DNA of 52,411 nucleotides from Prosthecobacter sp. (GTDB lineage Bacteria > Verrucomicrobiota > Verrucomicrobiia > Verrucomicrobiales > Verrucomicrobiaceae). Below the pieces are notes generated by a model. That model did not search any database. It was given only the letters and a program-made list of their open reading frames with translations, and had not been told where the DNA came from. Positions 1-9,299 of the stretch are shown one piece after another. The translations under genes were made by a program, and so were the position numbers. The stretch covers positions 1 to 52,411 of the forward strand of contig NZ_JBIPNG010000001.1 in the NCBI RefSeq assembly GCF_044373815.1. The letters are read 5' to 3'. Positions within the stretch are counted from its first letter, which is position 1, and each line of letters starts with the position of its first letter.

Positions 1-79
1 TGGCTTGCTGAGTACAACAGGCTAACGCAGCGCTGCCAGCATCCTTTCTCCCGGCTTCACTCCATGCTCAGATTGAGAC

Positions 80-2539
80 TCAAGGTTTGAAGACAGCGAT
101 TTCCTTCGCTGTGGCGACATCCCAAGCGCGGACAAATCCGTCTTGGTCGCCGCCGAGAACCACATCTCCGGACTTGGTGGTGGCGAGTGATTGGAGGAAG
201 CCCGTGCTGCCAGCCAGTTTTTTCACCTCGCCGCCATCACTTGTGATAAGGCGGAGCTTGGTATCGCCAGCACTAGTGGCGATCTGATCTGCGGCACCGA
301 GGTAGTGGATGCCGGTGACTTCCTTGTCCCAGCCATCGACGCTCTTGCGGCGATCGCCGGTGGTCCAGTCCCAGACTTTGACGACGTTGTCAGCACCACT
401 GCTGGCCAGCACGCGGCCATCGGCGCGCCATGAAAGGCCGAGCACGTGATGCGTGTGACCTTCAAAGACCTTCACGACTTTACCTGTGCTCAAATCGGTG
501 ATGCGCACGGCTTTGTCCGCGCCGCCGGAGGCGAGGAGCTTGCCATCGGGCGAGAAATCGAGCGCGAAGATGCTATCGAGATGGCGCTCGGCATAGTTCG
601 TGGTGAGCTTTCCAGTCGCCACGTCCCAGAGTGTGATGTCACCGCTGCGTGATGGCTCGCCGCTGCCGATGGCCAGCGTTTTGCCGTCGGGGCTGAAGGC
701 GAGACTGTTGGCGCGGTCAGTGATTTGGGAATTGCCGTCGCCGGTGCCAAAGGTGCGTTCGAGGGTCCATGCGGCACTCGTGCTGCCCGGCGTGATGGGT
801 TTGCCATTCACGGTGCTCCAAGCGAGCGGCGGGCCGCTGTCCTGTTCGGCGATGAGTTCGAGGCCGTTCGCGGAGAACTGGAGCGACTTAGCTTTCTTGA
901 GTCCGGTAGTGAGCGTTTTGGCAATGAGATCACGGTCTGCGTTTGCCTTCAGCGCCTCCTTCTTCACCACTTCGAGGCGTGCCTTCTCATCAATGACGGA
1001 CTGCTTGGCTTTCTTTTCATTTTCGGTGACGAGTTTGATTTCGTTCGCCGTGTCGGTGATCGCGGCTTCGGCACGGGTGAAGGCTTCCTGCGCGAGTTTG
1101 AGATCCGCAGCCGCCTTCGTGGCCTTTTCCTGAGCGTCAGTGTTCTTTTTGGCCAATGCTTCGTCGGGTTTGCCTTTGGGAGCCTTGGCCATTTGATCCG
1201 CGATTTCCTTCGCTGATTTCTCTGCCGCGGCTTTGGCATCCTCCTTGGGCTTGAGGGTCTTCCGTTTTTCTTCGAGGCCCGTTTTAGCGAGTTCCACGAG
1301 CTCGGTCAGAGCAGCCGTTTTTTTTGCATCGCTGGTGGCCGCAAGTTTGATTTCGGCGGCAGCGGTTACCAAGGCTGCTTCGGCGCGTTGGAGAGCGGCC
1401 TGAGCCTGAGCAAGGTCGGTTACGGCTTTGGCAAGACTGGCCTGTGCGGCAGTCTGCTTTTGAGCCAAAGCTTCATCTGGTTTGCCAGCGCTGGCTTTAG
1501 CCACTTCATCCGCGATGTCCTTGGCAGCTTTATCGGCTGCGACCTTGGCGTCCTCCTTGGGCTTGATGTCCTTCTTCTTTTCTTCGAGGGCCTTCTTGGC
1601 GAGCTCGGCGAGTTCGTTGGCTTTCTTCAGGCGATCGGTCTGCTCAGTGACAGCTCTTTCAGCCGTCCTGATGGCTGCCCCCTGATAAGTCTCTTCCAGC
1701 GCCGCACGCACGGCGGTGAGCGTGCGCTGAGCAAGGGCCTGCTCGGCGGAGAGGTCGGATTTGATGTGGGCGATGAGCTTGCCGCCGGCGGTTTCGGTCA
1801 GCTTGATGGAGTTGTCCGCCTCCTGCGTTGCGGTGAATTTGGCCGAAGGAGCGAAGGCGGGAGCAGCGGGGGCGCTGCGTTTCCACAGCTTCACCTCACG
1901 AAAGCTGCCGGTGGCAAGGCGTGTGCCGTCCGGGCTGAAAGCCACAGACTGCACGAGATCGCGATGGGCGACACCAGGCTGTTTGTAGAGGCCGGTTTTG
2001 AGCAAGGTTTCATCCGTGAGCTTGGTGACGAGACTCTGGGTGGGCAGGTGGTAGATGCTGATCTGGTTTGCACGAGCTGCAGCAGCAAAGTCACCCAAGG
2101 GTGCAACGGCGATGGCATAAATGGGCTGCAAGCCCGCCGGAAGCGGCTCCCATGCGATGATCTGCAACTTTTTGGGTGAGGCTTTTGCGCCTTGATCAAT
2201 CCACGCTTTGAAGAGCGCGAGCTGCTCGGGGGTGAGATTCACCGCGCCGACCTTGTTGCCCTTTGGCGGCATCTCGGAATCCCAGGTATGCGCAGCAGCC
2301 TGGTACATGACGCTCTCCGCGCCTTTGCCGGGAATGATGCCCTTGTCGCTCTCGCCGCCCTTGGCCATGAGCTCAGGCGTCTCCATGTTGAGGCCGCCCT
2401 TGGTGGTGGTCTTGTTATGGCAGGCGATGCAGTTGTCCTTCAAGAACGGACGGATCTGCTGGTCGTAGTCGATGGGCGCGGGAGCCGCGGCCATGACGAA
2501 AGACGAATTCAGGATGATGAATGGGAGGATGATTCTCAT
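80..2539 (-). CDS. Secreted planctomycete-type cytochrome c (PSCyt1-like) / WD40 beta-propeller protein with a long coiled-coil insertion
   Basis: Signal peptide; IDYDQQIRPFLKDNCIACH (CxxCH) with MPP distal ligand motif; WD40 blades (VQSVAFSPDGTRLATGS, ANSLAFSPDGKTLAIGS, IFALDFSPDGKLLASGGAD, GHTHHVLGLSW); central Ala/Lys/Glu-rich helical segment; start overlaps the upstream stop (ATGA). Confidence 0.85.
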   Translation of the reverse strand: MRIILPFIILNSSFVMAAAPAPIDYDQQIRPFLKDNCIACHNKTTTKGGLNMETPELMAKGGESDKGIIPGKGAESVMYQAAAHTWDSEMPPKGNKVGAVNLTPEQLALFKAWIDQGAKASPKKLQIIAWEPLPAGLQPIYAIAVAPLGDFAAAARANQISIYHLPTQSLVTKLTDETLLKTGLYKQPGVAHRDLVQSVAFSPDGTRLATGSFREVKLWKRSAPAAPAFAPSAKFTATQEADNSIKLTETAGGKLIAHIKSDLSAEQALAQRTLTAVRAALEETYQGAAIRTAERAVTEQTDRLKKANELAELAKKALEEKKKDIKPKEDAKVAADKAAKDIADEVAKASAGKPDEALAQKQTAAQASLAKAVTDLAQAQAALQRAEAALVTAAAEIKLAATSDAKKTAALTELVELAKTGLEEKRKTLKPKEDAKAAAEKSAKEIADQMAKAPKGKPDEALAKKNTDAQEKATKAAADLKLAQEAFTRAEAAITDTANEIKLVTENEKKAKQSVIDEKARLEVVKKEALKANADRDLIAKTLTTGLKKAKSLQFSANGLELIAEQDSGPPLAWSTVNGKPITPGSTSAAWTLERTFGTGDGNSQITDRANSLAFSPDGKTLAIGSGEPSRSGDITLWDVATGKLTTNYAERHLDSIFALDFSPDGKLLASGGADKAVRITDLSTGKVVKVFEGHTHHVLGLSWRADGRVLASSGADNVVKVWDWTTGDRRKSVDGWDKEVTGIHYLGAADQIATSAGDTKLRLITSDGGEVKKLAGSTGFLQSLATTKSGDVVLGGDQDGFVRAWDVATAKEIAVFKP
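1031..1606 (-). repeat. Intragenic tandem duplication, period 312 nt (104 aa), in the coiled-coil region
   Basis: ELAKKALEEKKKDIKPKEDAK...GKPDEALAQKQ...RAEAALVTAAAEIKL and ELAKTGLEEKRKTLKPKEDAK...GKPDEALAKKN...RAEAAITDTANEIKL; equivalent codons at 1606/1294 and 1343/1031. Confidence 0.85.
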
Positions 2540-4581
2540 TTTTTTGCGACCTCCTTCACACGGATGCGGATGGGATTGGAATAGACAATGAAGGTGGCGT
2601 CTTTGGCAGCAGACTTCGCGGTGAGGTCTTTGACGAGCTTGTCAGCGGTGGCTTTGGTAGTGTCTGCCGTCTTGAGGGCGGCGGTGGCGATTTTGACGAG
2701 TTCGGCCTTTTTCGGCGTTGCGTCCGCATTCGCGGTGTCGAGCTGCTTTTTGGCTGCAGCCTGCGCTTCGATGGCTTTTTTGGCTTCGGCTTCGGCAGCG
2801 TTGAGTTCTTCGACACCACGGCGGAATTTCATTTTTGCCGGGCCTTGGAGGATGAAGCCGTAATCTCCAGGTGCGAGTTTGAGCGTTTTCACATCCAGCG
2901 TGAATTTGCCAGCCGCAGCTTTGGCGGGGATGTCGGCTTCAGGAGCTTTGGTGACATCCATGAGACCGAGGACCTTCAGTTTGAGAGCATCGGTAAAGTC
3001 GGCGTGACGGGTGACTTTGAGAGCGATTTCGAGTTTGGCGTCGGCAGCGACTTCGAGGATGTCCGTTTTCTCCGTCTGCACGAACGCAGGAGCGGTTTGT
3101 GCGCTGACACCGAGCGCAGATGCGCCGGCGGTGCGATAGAGGACGTTGTCCCGGGTGGCGTCAGCCACCGCATAACACACGAAGCGACTCTTTGGAATTC
3201 CGCTGAGGAGGCTGGCTCCAGCCGGGGCATCGGCGCTCGCTTGAAACGCGATGTAGCCCAGCGACTGGCCTTTGCCGATGAATCCGCCGAGGCAGGTGAC
3301 GCCCGCAGGGAGCTTGTCGGCCTTGAGTTCAAGGGGCTCGCTCAGGGCATTGCGATTGGGAGCGATGATTTCCAACGCGGCGATGCCACCACGCGGGATA
3401 TTGGCGCTGCCGATCTCTCCTCCTTTGGTCTTGGCTCCGGGGAGGATGGGATTGAGGGCGATGAGCTCGTCAAGCTTGGGCGCTTCCTTGAGAATGCGCA
3501 GCTCGTAGGGCTGTGTGGTGGCGAAATTGTCGCTGAGGGTGATGCGGAAGGTGCCGTCCGCCTTTGCTTCATAGGCATACGAGGGATCGCGGCTGGGAAG
3601 ATTGATGCTGGGAACGGGCACGATGGCCGGTGCATCAGCAACCTCAGCCTGTGGTTTGAGCGTTTCTTTGCCTGCCGGATCTTTGGCAAGATTTTCAATG
3701 ACCAGATGCGGATCGGTGGCATGACCGAGCTGATGGGAATGCACCTCAATGATGAATTTTTCGCCCGTCTTGAAGGGCAGATCAAAGACCTGCGGCAGAC
3801 CTTGGGGCAGGAAGGAGTCCCGAACAGTCTGACCGATCTGGATGGGGCGCACGTCCTCAAGCTTGACGGTCCTTGGTGCCGGAGGGGCCGCGGATGAAAG
3901 AGTGATGCGGTAGCCGTAATCATCCCCCGTGCGATACATGAGCTCGTTGACGCGCAGAAGATAGGTGGCATCGGCGGCGGCGGTGAAGGCGAGGACTCCG
4001 GCACGCATGTGGGCCAGTTCGCGCCCGGTGGGTGCAAGCAGCGCGCCAAGCAACTCGGTGCGTGTGTCAAAACGTCGTCCGTCGAAGGTGGCGGTAAGGT
4101 GCTGCCCCTTTTTCAAATCCACGCTGAACCACTGGGGCGAATTGGATTTGAAGCAGCCTTCAACCACAGAATTGAGACTGACTTTGAGCGCTTTGTCAGG
4201 TTTGGCGTTTACCCCAGTGGAGTCGATGGAATCAAGCGTGGTGACCTCAAAGACACGCGGGTTGGAGACACCGTAGCGGCCAACGAAGCGGCAATCGTAG
4301 AGGGCAGGCTTCAGGTCTGCGGGAAGCGTGATGCTAAAGACGTTCGGCTTGATGCTCTTGAGCGGAATGGCGCGCTCGTTGAGCAGGACCGACTGCGGCC
4401 CTTCGAGATCCGTACCACGCAGGGTGAGTTCCAGCGTGGCGCCGACCTTGGCACCCAGAGGAGCAACCGAGGTCAGCGTCGGAGACGGAAAGGTGGCCTG
4501 AGAGAACGCTGGAGCAGAGAGCGCCAGCAGAACTGAAAATTGCAAACTGAGAACTGAAAACTGAAAATTGGAGCAAGGCAT
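2536..4581 (-). CDS. Secreted PPC/Ig-like domain protein of DUF1501/DUF1549 clusters (often mislabelled serine protease)
   Basis: Signal peptide; PTLTSVAPLGAKVGATLELTLRGTDL, YDCRFVGRYGVSNPRVF and SRDP motifs; C-terminal helical insertion closed by SNPIRIRV; no catalytic triad seen. Confidence 0.7.
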   Translation of the reverse strand: MPCSNFQFSVLSLQFSVLLALSAPAFSQATFPSPTLTSVAPLGAKVGATLELTLRGTDLEGPQSVLLNERAIPLKSIKPNVFSITLPADLKPALYDCRFVGRYGVSNPRVFEVTTLDSIDSTGVNAKPDKALKVSLNSVVEGCFKSNSPQWFSVDLKKGQHLTATFDGRRFDTRTELLGALLAPTGRELAHMRAGVLAFTAAADATYLLRVNELMYRTGDDYGYRITLSSAAPPAPRTVKLEDVRPIQIGQTVRDSFLPQGLPQVFDLPFKTGEKFIIEVHSHQLGHATDPHLVIENLAKDPAGKETLKPQAEVADAPAIVPVPSINLPSRDPSYAYEAKADGTFRITLSDNFATTQPYELRILKEAPKLDELIALNPILPGAKTKGGEIGSANIPRGGIAALEIIAPNRNALSEPLELKADKLPAGVTCLGGFIGKGQSLGYIAFQASADAPAGASLLSGIPKSRFVCYAVADATRDNVLYRTAGASALGVSAQTAPAFVQTEKTDILEVAADAKLEIALKVTRHADFTDALKLKVLGLMDVTKAPEADIPAKAAAGKFTLDVKTLKLAPGDYGFILQGPAKMKFRRGVEELNAAEAEAKKAIEAQAAAKKQLDTANADATPKKAELVKIATAALKTADTTKATADKLVKDLTAKSAAKDATFIVYSNPIRIRVKEVAKK
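4531..4572. repeat. Six degenerate heptamer units inside the signal-peptide coding region
   Basis: AACTGAA AATTGCA AACTGAG AACTGAA AACTGAA AATTGGA; 42 nt, encoding SNFQFSVLSLQFSV on the minus strand. Confidence 0.75.
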
Positions 4582-4592
4582 GGCACGAGCGC

Positions 4593-6791
4593 TTAGTGAT
4601 TAAAAAGGAACTCTTTCGTGTTCAGCAGCGCCCAGAGAATGTCCTCATAGGCTTCCTTTTTGCCTTTGAAGGCTTCATCGCCGGTTTTGCCTGCAGTTTT
4701 CTTGTCGAGATGAGTGTGGGCAAATTTGACTTCGGCAGCGTTGGGGTCGCGGCTGAGAGCGATGTGGTAGAGGTCGGAGATCTTGTCGTCATCAGGACGC
4801 GTGTCCTTCGTGAGGGTGTCGGCGCGACCATTGCCACGGGACAGCTGGGTCTGGATTTCTGCGGCGTTCAGCAGATGGAGGCTCTGCGCGAGGCTGGCCT
4901 CCTGCGTGCGCTCGCACTCGCAGGCGCTGGAGGAGTCGGGACGGCCAAAGACGCTGAGGAAGTAGGTGCTCTGGTTGTAACTGTTGTCAGGCAGAGAGAC
5001 GGCGCGTGTGCCGGGGGCCTGACCGGCGAAATTTGTTTGTACATCGAGCAGCGTGTTGACGGAATCGTAGAGGACTTCGGCGTTGAGACGCTTTGGATAG
5101 TAGCGGCTGAAGTTCTGACGGTCCTTCGCGTTGTAGGTGTTTGGAACAGCGCTGAGCTGGTAGGTGGTGGAATTGGTGATGGTGCGGATGAGCTGCTTCA
5201 AATTGTAGCCGCTCTTCACGAAGTCCGCCGCGAGGGCGCTGAGAAGCTCGGGATTCACCGGCGGATTGGTCTCGCGCATGTCGTCCTCGGGTTCGACGAG
5301 GCCGCGGTTGAAGAAATGCTTCCAGTAACGATTCACCAGCGTGTGGGCAAAGAAAGCATTGTCCTTCTGGCTCATCCATTCGGCGAGCGCACGACGTGGA
5401 TCTTGTTCAGGCTTCAGTTTCAAAGTTGGACCGCCGAGACTGGTGGGGGTGACGGCCTCCTTTGTGCGAATGTTCGTGGTCTGGGCTACACCGCGCTTGT
5501 TGAAGATCATTTCTTCACCGGCAAAAGCCGAGGGCTTGCGGCTGACGTTGCTGAAGAAGGCGGCGAAGCCGTAGTAGTCCTGCTGGCTCCACTTCTCAAA
5601 GGGGTGATGGTGACACTGCGCACACTGCATGCGTGTGCCGAGGAAGAGCTGAGCCACATCCTCCATCTGCTGCTTCATTTCCTTGACCTGACGATACCAG
5701 GCGACAGGGGGATTCTGATCGAGATCACCGGAAGCGGAGACGACTTCGCGCACGAATTGATCGTAAGGCTTGTTGTCTGCGATGCTGTCGCGAATCCATG
5801 AGTAGAAGAGATAACTGCCGCGCGCAAAATTGGGCTGGGTGCGCTGATTGCGCAGGAGAGCGCTCCACTTGTTGGCGAAGTACTCGGCGTATTCAGGGCT
5901 GTCGAGCAGGCGGTCGATGAGGACGCTGCGTTTTGCGGCATCTTTGGAGGCCATGAAGTCCTTCATTTCTGCGGCGGTGGGCAGGCGGCCGGTGATGTCG
6001 AGGGTGACACGGCGAATGAAGGTGCCGTCGTCAGCGATGTCAGACGGCGGCATGCCGATGGTCTTCAATTTCGCGAAGACGAGATCATCCACAAAACCAC
6101 GCGAGGCGGGCAGTTTGTCCACCGGAGCGCCGAGCGGCACGGTGGCGCGGAAGGTGGAGACCTTGCCCTGATAGCGGACCATCACGGCGACATCTCCGGG
6201 AAGATCAAAGAGCTGCACGCGGCCGGTTTCACTGGTCTCGGCCATCGCTTTTTCGTTGGCTTCATACAGCGCGCGCTTGGTAACGTCACGGGTGCTGCCG
6301 TCGGTGTAATGTGCGGTGACCTTGAGCTGCTGCGCTCCTTTGAGCGGCATGGTGAGCTTAGCGGGCTCCACGCTGATACTCGCCATCTTGGGATCGGTGT
6401 CCTTGCCATAGGGCATGCCCTCACGAATCCAGCGTGCCAGATCGGCATAGTCCTCGGATTTTGGATCGAGCTTCTTGCCGCCGCCGTGCGGGAGCTGGGC
6501 GGTGCCTTTGGTCAGCAGCAGGCTTTGCTCTGCCGAGGCCGGAAACACGCGGCGTCCGCGGGCTTCCTTCACGATATGCTCATAGTCTTCCTGGGGCTCA
6601 AAGCCGAGGAGCGAGAGCTTGAAGCCGTTCTGTCCGCCCGATTTGCCATGGCAACCGCCGGAGTTGCAACTGCCCTTGGTGAGGATGGGAACGATGTCGT
6701 TCGCAAAATTCAGCGGGCGCAGAGCTTCGGCCGCAAAACATGGTGCGGAAGCAGACAGTGCGGCGATGAGGGTGGCGCGTTTCAGATTCAT
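4593..6791 (-). CDS. DUF1549/DUF1553 (PSCyt2/PSD1) domain protein with an Ig-like Big_2 domain
   Basis: FANDIVPILTKGSCNSGGCHG, FIRRVTLDITGRLPT, KPYDQFVRE, FLGTRMQCAQCHHHP, VNRYWKHFFNRGLVEP, CECER, QSLHLLN, WALLNTKEFLFNH. Confidence 0.9.
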   Translation of the reverse strand: MNLKRATLIAALSASAPCFAAEALRPLNFANDIVPILTKGSCNSGGCHGKSGGQNGFKLSLLGFEPQEDYEHIVKEARGRRVFPASAEQSLLLTKGTAQLPHGGGKKLDPKSEDYADLARWIREGMPYGKDTDPKMASISVEPAKLTMPLKGAQQLKVTAHYTDGSTRDVTKRALYEANEKAMAETSETGRVQLFDLPGDVAVMVRYQGKVSTFRATVPLGAPVDKLPASRGFVDDLVFAKLKTIGMPPSDIADDGTFIRRVTLDITGRLPTAAEMKDFMASKDAAKRSVLIDRLLDSPEYAEYFANKWSALLRNQRTQPNFARGSYLFYSWIRDSIADNKPYDQFVREVVSASGDLDQNPPVAWYRQVKEMKQQMEDVAQLFLGTRMQCAQCHHHPFEKWSQQDYYGFAAFFSNVSRKPSAFAGEEMIFNKRGVAQTTNIRTKEAVTPTSLGGPTLKLKPEQDPRRALAEWMSQKDNAFFAHTLVNRYWKHFFNRGLVEPEDDMRETNPPVNPELLSALAADFVKSGYNLKQLIRTITNSTTYQLSAVPNTYNAKDRQNFSRYYPKRLNAEVLYDSVNTLLDVQTNFAGQAPGTRAVSLPDNSYNQSTYFLSVFGRPDSSSACECERTQEASLAQSLHLLNAAEIQTQLSRGNGRADTLTKDTRPDDDKISDLYHIALSRDPNAAEVKFAHTHLDKKTAGKTGDEAFKGKKEAYEDILWALLNTKEFLFNH

Positions 6792-6803
6792 GATGGGTCA
6801 AAC

Positions 6804-6826
6804 TACGGGGTGAGAGCTGAATTCTT
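6804..6826 (-). promoter_or_regulatory. Putative alternative-sigma promoter AAG-N16-CGTA
   Basis: Minus strand GACAAG aattcagctctcaccc CGTA, 12 nt before the ATG at 6791; the same motif precedes 8210 and 11664. Confidence 0.5.
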
Positions 6827-6869
6827 GTCTTCCAGATTAAAAGGAGAGTGAGTTTCCGGTTTGAATCTT

Positions 6870-8210
6870 TCACACCAGCTCCGCCATCGGCAGATGGCTA
6901 TCGACCAGATACTGGGGTCTGCCGGTGAGATCAGTGAGCGTGGCCTTGGTGACATCAATGCCCATCTGCTTGTAGAGCGTGGCGAAGACCTCGCCAAAGG
7001 CGACGGGGCGTTCGGTGGGTTCGCCGGCTTGTTTATCGGTGGCACCGATGACCTGACCGTGGCGCATGCCACCGCAGGCAAGGAGTGCGGAGGCGACGCG
7101 CGGCCAGTGGTCCCGGCCTCCATTGGCGTTGATCTTCGGAGTACGGCCAAATTCTCCCCAAACGACAACGGAGACATCTTTGTCCAGGCCGCGCTCGTGC
7201 AGATCAGCAATAAGCGCGCTGAGTCCGCTGTCGAGCAGCGGCAGGTCTTCGCGCAACTGGCCGAAGTTGTTGGAATGGTAGTCCCAGCGGCTGAAGGCGA
7301 GCGTGACGACACGAGCGCCAGCTTCGACGAGACGGCGTGCGGCAAGGAAGTGTTCGGGCAGACGCGGGCCGCCGTCGTCACGATTGCGGTTTTCGCCTTT
7401 GCCGTAGCGCTCGACGACACGCGGATCTTCACGACTCAAATCGAGGGCGTGAAGCAGCTTCGGGCTCGTGAGCACATTGAGAGCCTGCTCATTGAAGACA
7501 TCCACGCCGCCCATGAGTCCGGTGGCATCGAGATCACGCCGCAGAACGTCAAAACTGGAGAGCAGCGACTTGCGATCACGAAGACGATCGAGCGTGATAC
7601 CATGGAGCGACATGTCCTCCGTGCCGCCACCGCGGTTTGGCTGGAACGGTGCATGCGCGACGCCGAGATAGCCTGGCTCACCCGTGCGGGCCCATTCCAT
7701 GTGGCCCATCTTGGGCGCAAGTCCGACGAACGGCGGCATGGCGGGATTGGTGCTGCCCTGCAAACGCGAGACGATGGAGCCGAGCGAAGGCCAGCCACCG
7801 GGAGGCTGCTGCTTGGAGTTGCGGCCGGTGAGGCACTGAAAGGCATCGTGGCGCGAATCACAGTCGGCGAGCGAACGGATGAGAGTGCACTTGTCCATCA
7901 TCTTCGCGAGACGCGGCAGATGCTCGCAGATCTGGATGCCGGGGACGTTGGTTGAGATCGGTTTGAACTCGCCACGAATCTCACTCGGCGCGTCCGGCTT
8001 CATGTCGAACATGTCCTGATGCGACGGGCCGCCGGGCAGGAAGATCATGATCACCGCCTTGTGCGACTTGCCAGTCTTCTGAACGGACTCGGCACGCAGC
8101 ACATCATTCAACGACAGCCCGCCCATGGCGAGCCCGCCGATCTTGAGGAAGTTTCGACGCGACACGCCATCGCAATAGCCGCCGCTGGGATGTGAGTAGA
8201 GATTGAGCAT
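6870..8210 (-). CDS. DUF1501 domain protein (twin-arginine-like N-terminus), paralog 1
   Basis: CDGVSRRNFLKIGG; GGPSHQDMFDMKP; ARRLVEAGARVV; WDYH; WGEFGRTP; GRDHW. Confidence 0.9.
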   Translation of the reverse strand: MLNLYSHPSGGYCDGVSRRNFLKIGGLAMGGLSLNDVLRAESVQKTGKSHKAVIMIFLPGGPSHQDMFDMKPDAPSEIRGEFKPISTNVPGIQICEHLPRLAKMMDKCTLIRSLADCDSRHDAFQCLTGRNSKQQPPGGWPSLGSIVSRLQGSTNPAMPPFVGLAPKMGHMEWARTGEPGYLGVAHAPFQPNRGGGTEDMSLHGITLDRLRDRKSLLSSFDVLRRDLDATGLMGGVDVFNEQALNVLTSPKLLHALDLSREDPRVVERYGKGENRNRDDGGPRLPEHFLAARRLVEAGARVVTLAFSRWDYHSNNFGQLREDLPLLDSGLSALIADLHERGLDKDVSVVVWGEFGRTPKINANGGRDHWPRVASALLACGGMRHGQVIGATDKQAGEPTERPVAFGEVFATLYKQMGIDVTKATLTDLTGRPQYLVDSHLPMAELV

Positions 8211-8233
8211 GGCTGGGTGGAGGGCCGTTAACC

Positions 8234-8257
8234 TACGGGGCGAGGGATGGGACTCTT
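8234..8257 (-). promoter_or_regulatory. Putative alternative-sigma promoter AAG-N17-CGTA
   Basis: Minus strand GGCAAG agtcccatccctcgccc CGTA, 23 nt before the ATG at 8210; shares CAAGA...CCCCGTAG with the 6804-6826 site. Confidence 0.5.
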
Positions 8258-8294
8258 GCCAGACCGGTGATACAGAATGCGTTTGGTTCTAAAC

Positions 8295-9299
8295 ATGAGC
8301 GGACTGATCGGACACACGATGTATGGCATTCTCGCGGCAAAAGCCGCGAAAGGACGCGGCCTGCCCATCACTCCGATCATCGAGCGACATTTGCCCAGCT
8401 TCCTCTGCGGTGCGTATCTCGGCTGCGACATCCAGGTGATGCCAGAAGCCGTCTGTATAGATACCGGACGCGAGTTGGGCTTTGGCACGGTGCCGTTGGA
8501 AAAAAGCCCGATCACCGGAGGTGCGGTGAAACCTTGGACACTGGAGCATGAGGGGCGCAAATACCGGCCCAAGGAAATTCATGAGCTGTTTTATGGACGT
8601 GCGCATCTAGTATTCGGCTGGGCAAAACCGGAGGTGAACCTGCGTGTGCCGTGGGACCATCTGGCAGATTATTGTGCGCGGGCGATTCGTGATGACATGA
8701 GCTCTGAGCGCGGCCTGGCTTATGCACTGGGCTGGATGGTGCACATTGTTGGAGACTCGTTGATCAAGTCGATCCAGCCGGGCATTCGAATGCATTTGCT
8801 CGATGGCGTTTACACCCCGCGAAATCGCATCGTGCAGGATCAGTTCACGTTTCATACGATTGGCGGCGAGTTGGGCATCGAGTGGGTCAAAACCTTTCGT
8901 GACATGGCCGCAACGCCGGTGGAGTCGATCCAGTCGCACTACATGCGTGTTGGCGAAAAGCGCGGTGATCTCGCGCAGCTGTTTGATGACGGCTGGAAGC
9001 CCGAGTTACAATCACTGCTGGCTGCTGTGCTCACCGAAAACCGCCGTTGGCTCCCGTATCACACCACCGATGTGCTGCGTGTGGTGCAGCGTGACAGCGA
9101 GGAAGCGAAGCGCGTGAGCGGAGGGCTGGAGTTTGATGCGATGATCAAAATCGCCGAGAGCGCGGGCATGCGGGATACTTTGGTGACAATCGCCGAGCAA
9201 TGCGCCGATTTGATGGAGCAAACTCTCGTGCAGGTGCCGGAGTGGAGGAAATTGCCTCGACAGCCCGCTGAAGGCTGGAACAGGCTCAAACGTCTATGA
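8295..9299 (+). CDS. Hypothetical protein, possibly Zn-dependent phospholipase C/P1-nuclease-like helical metallohydrolase
   Basis: MSGLIGH, GAYLGCD, GRAH and AYALGWMVHIVGD are spaced like Zn ligands of that fold; start set at ATG 8295. Confidence 0.5.
   Translation: MSGLIGHTMYGILAAKAAKGRGLPITPIIERHLPSFLCGAYLGCDIQVMPEAVCIDTGRELGFGTVPLEKSPITGGAVKPWTLEHEGRKYRPKEIHELFYGRAHLVFGWAKPEVNLRVPWDHLADYCARAIRDDMSSERGLAYALGWMVHIVGDSLIKSIQPGIRMHLLDGVYTPRNRIVQDQFTFHTIGGELGIEWVKTFRDMAATPVESIQSHYMRVGEKRGDLAQLFDDGWKPELQSLLAAVLTENRRWLPYHTTDVLRVVQRDSEEAKRVSGGLEFDAMIKIAESAGMRDTLVTIAEQCADLMEQTLVQVPEWRKLPRQPAEGWNRLKRL

Noticed and set aside
1-79. Possible 3' end of a plus-strand gene at the window edge
   Set aside because: Too short to support any call.
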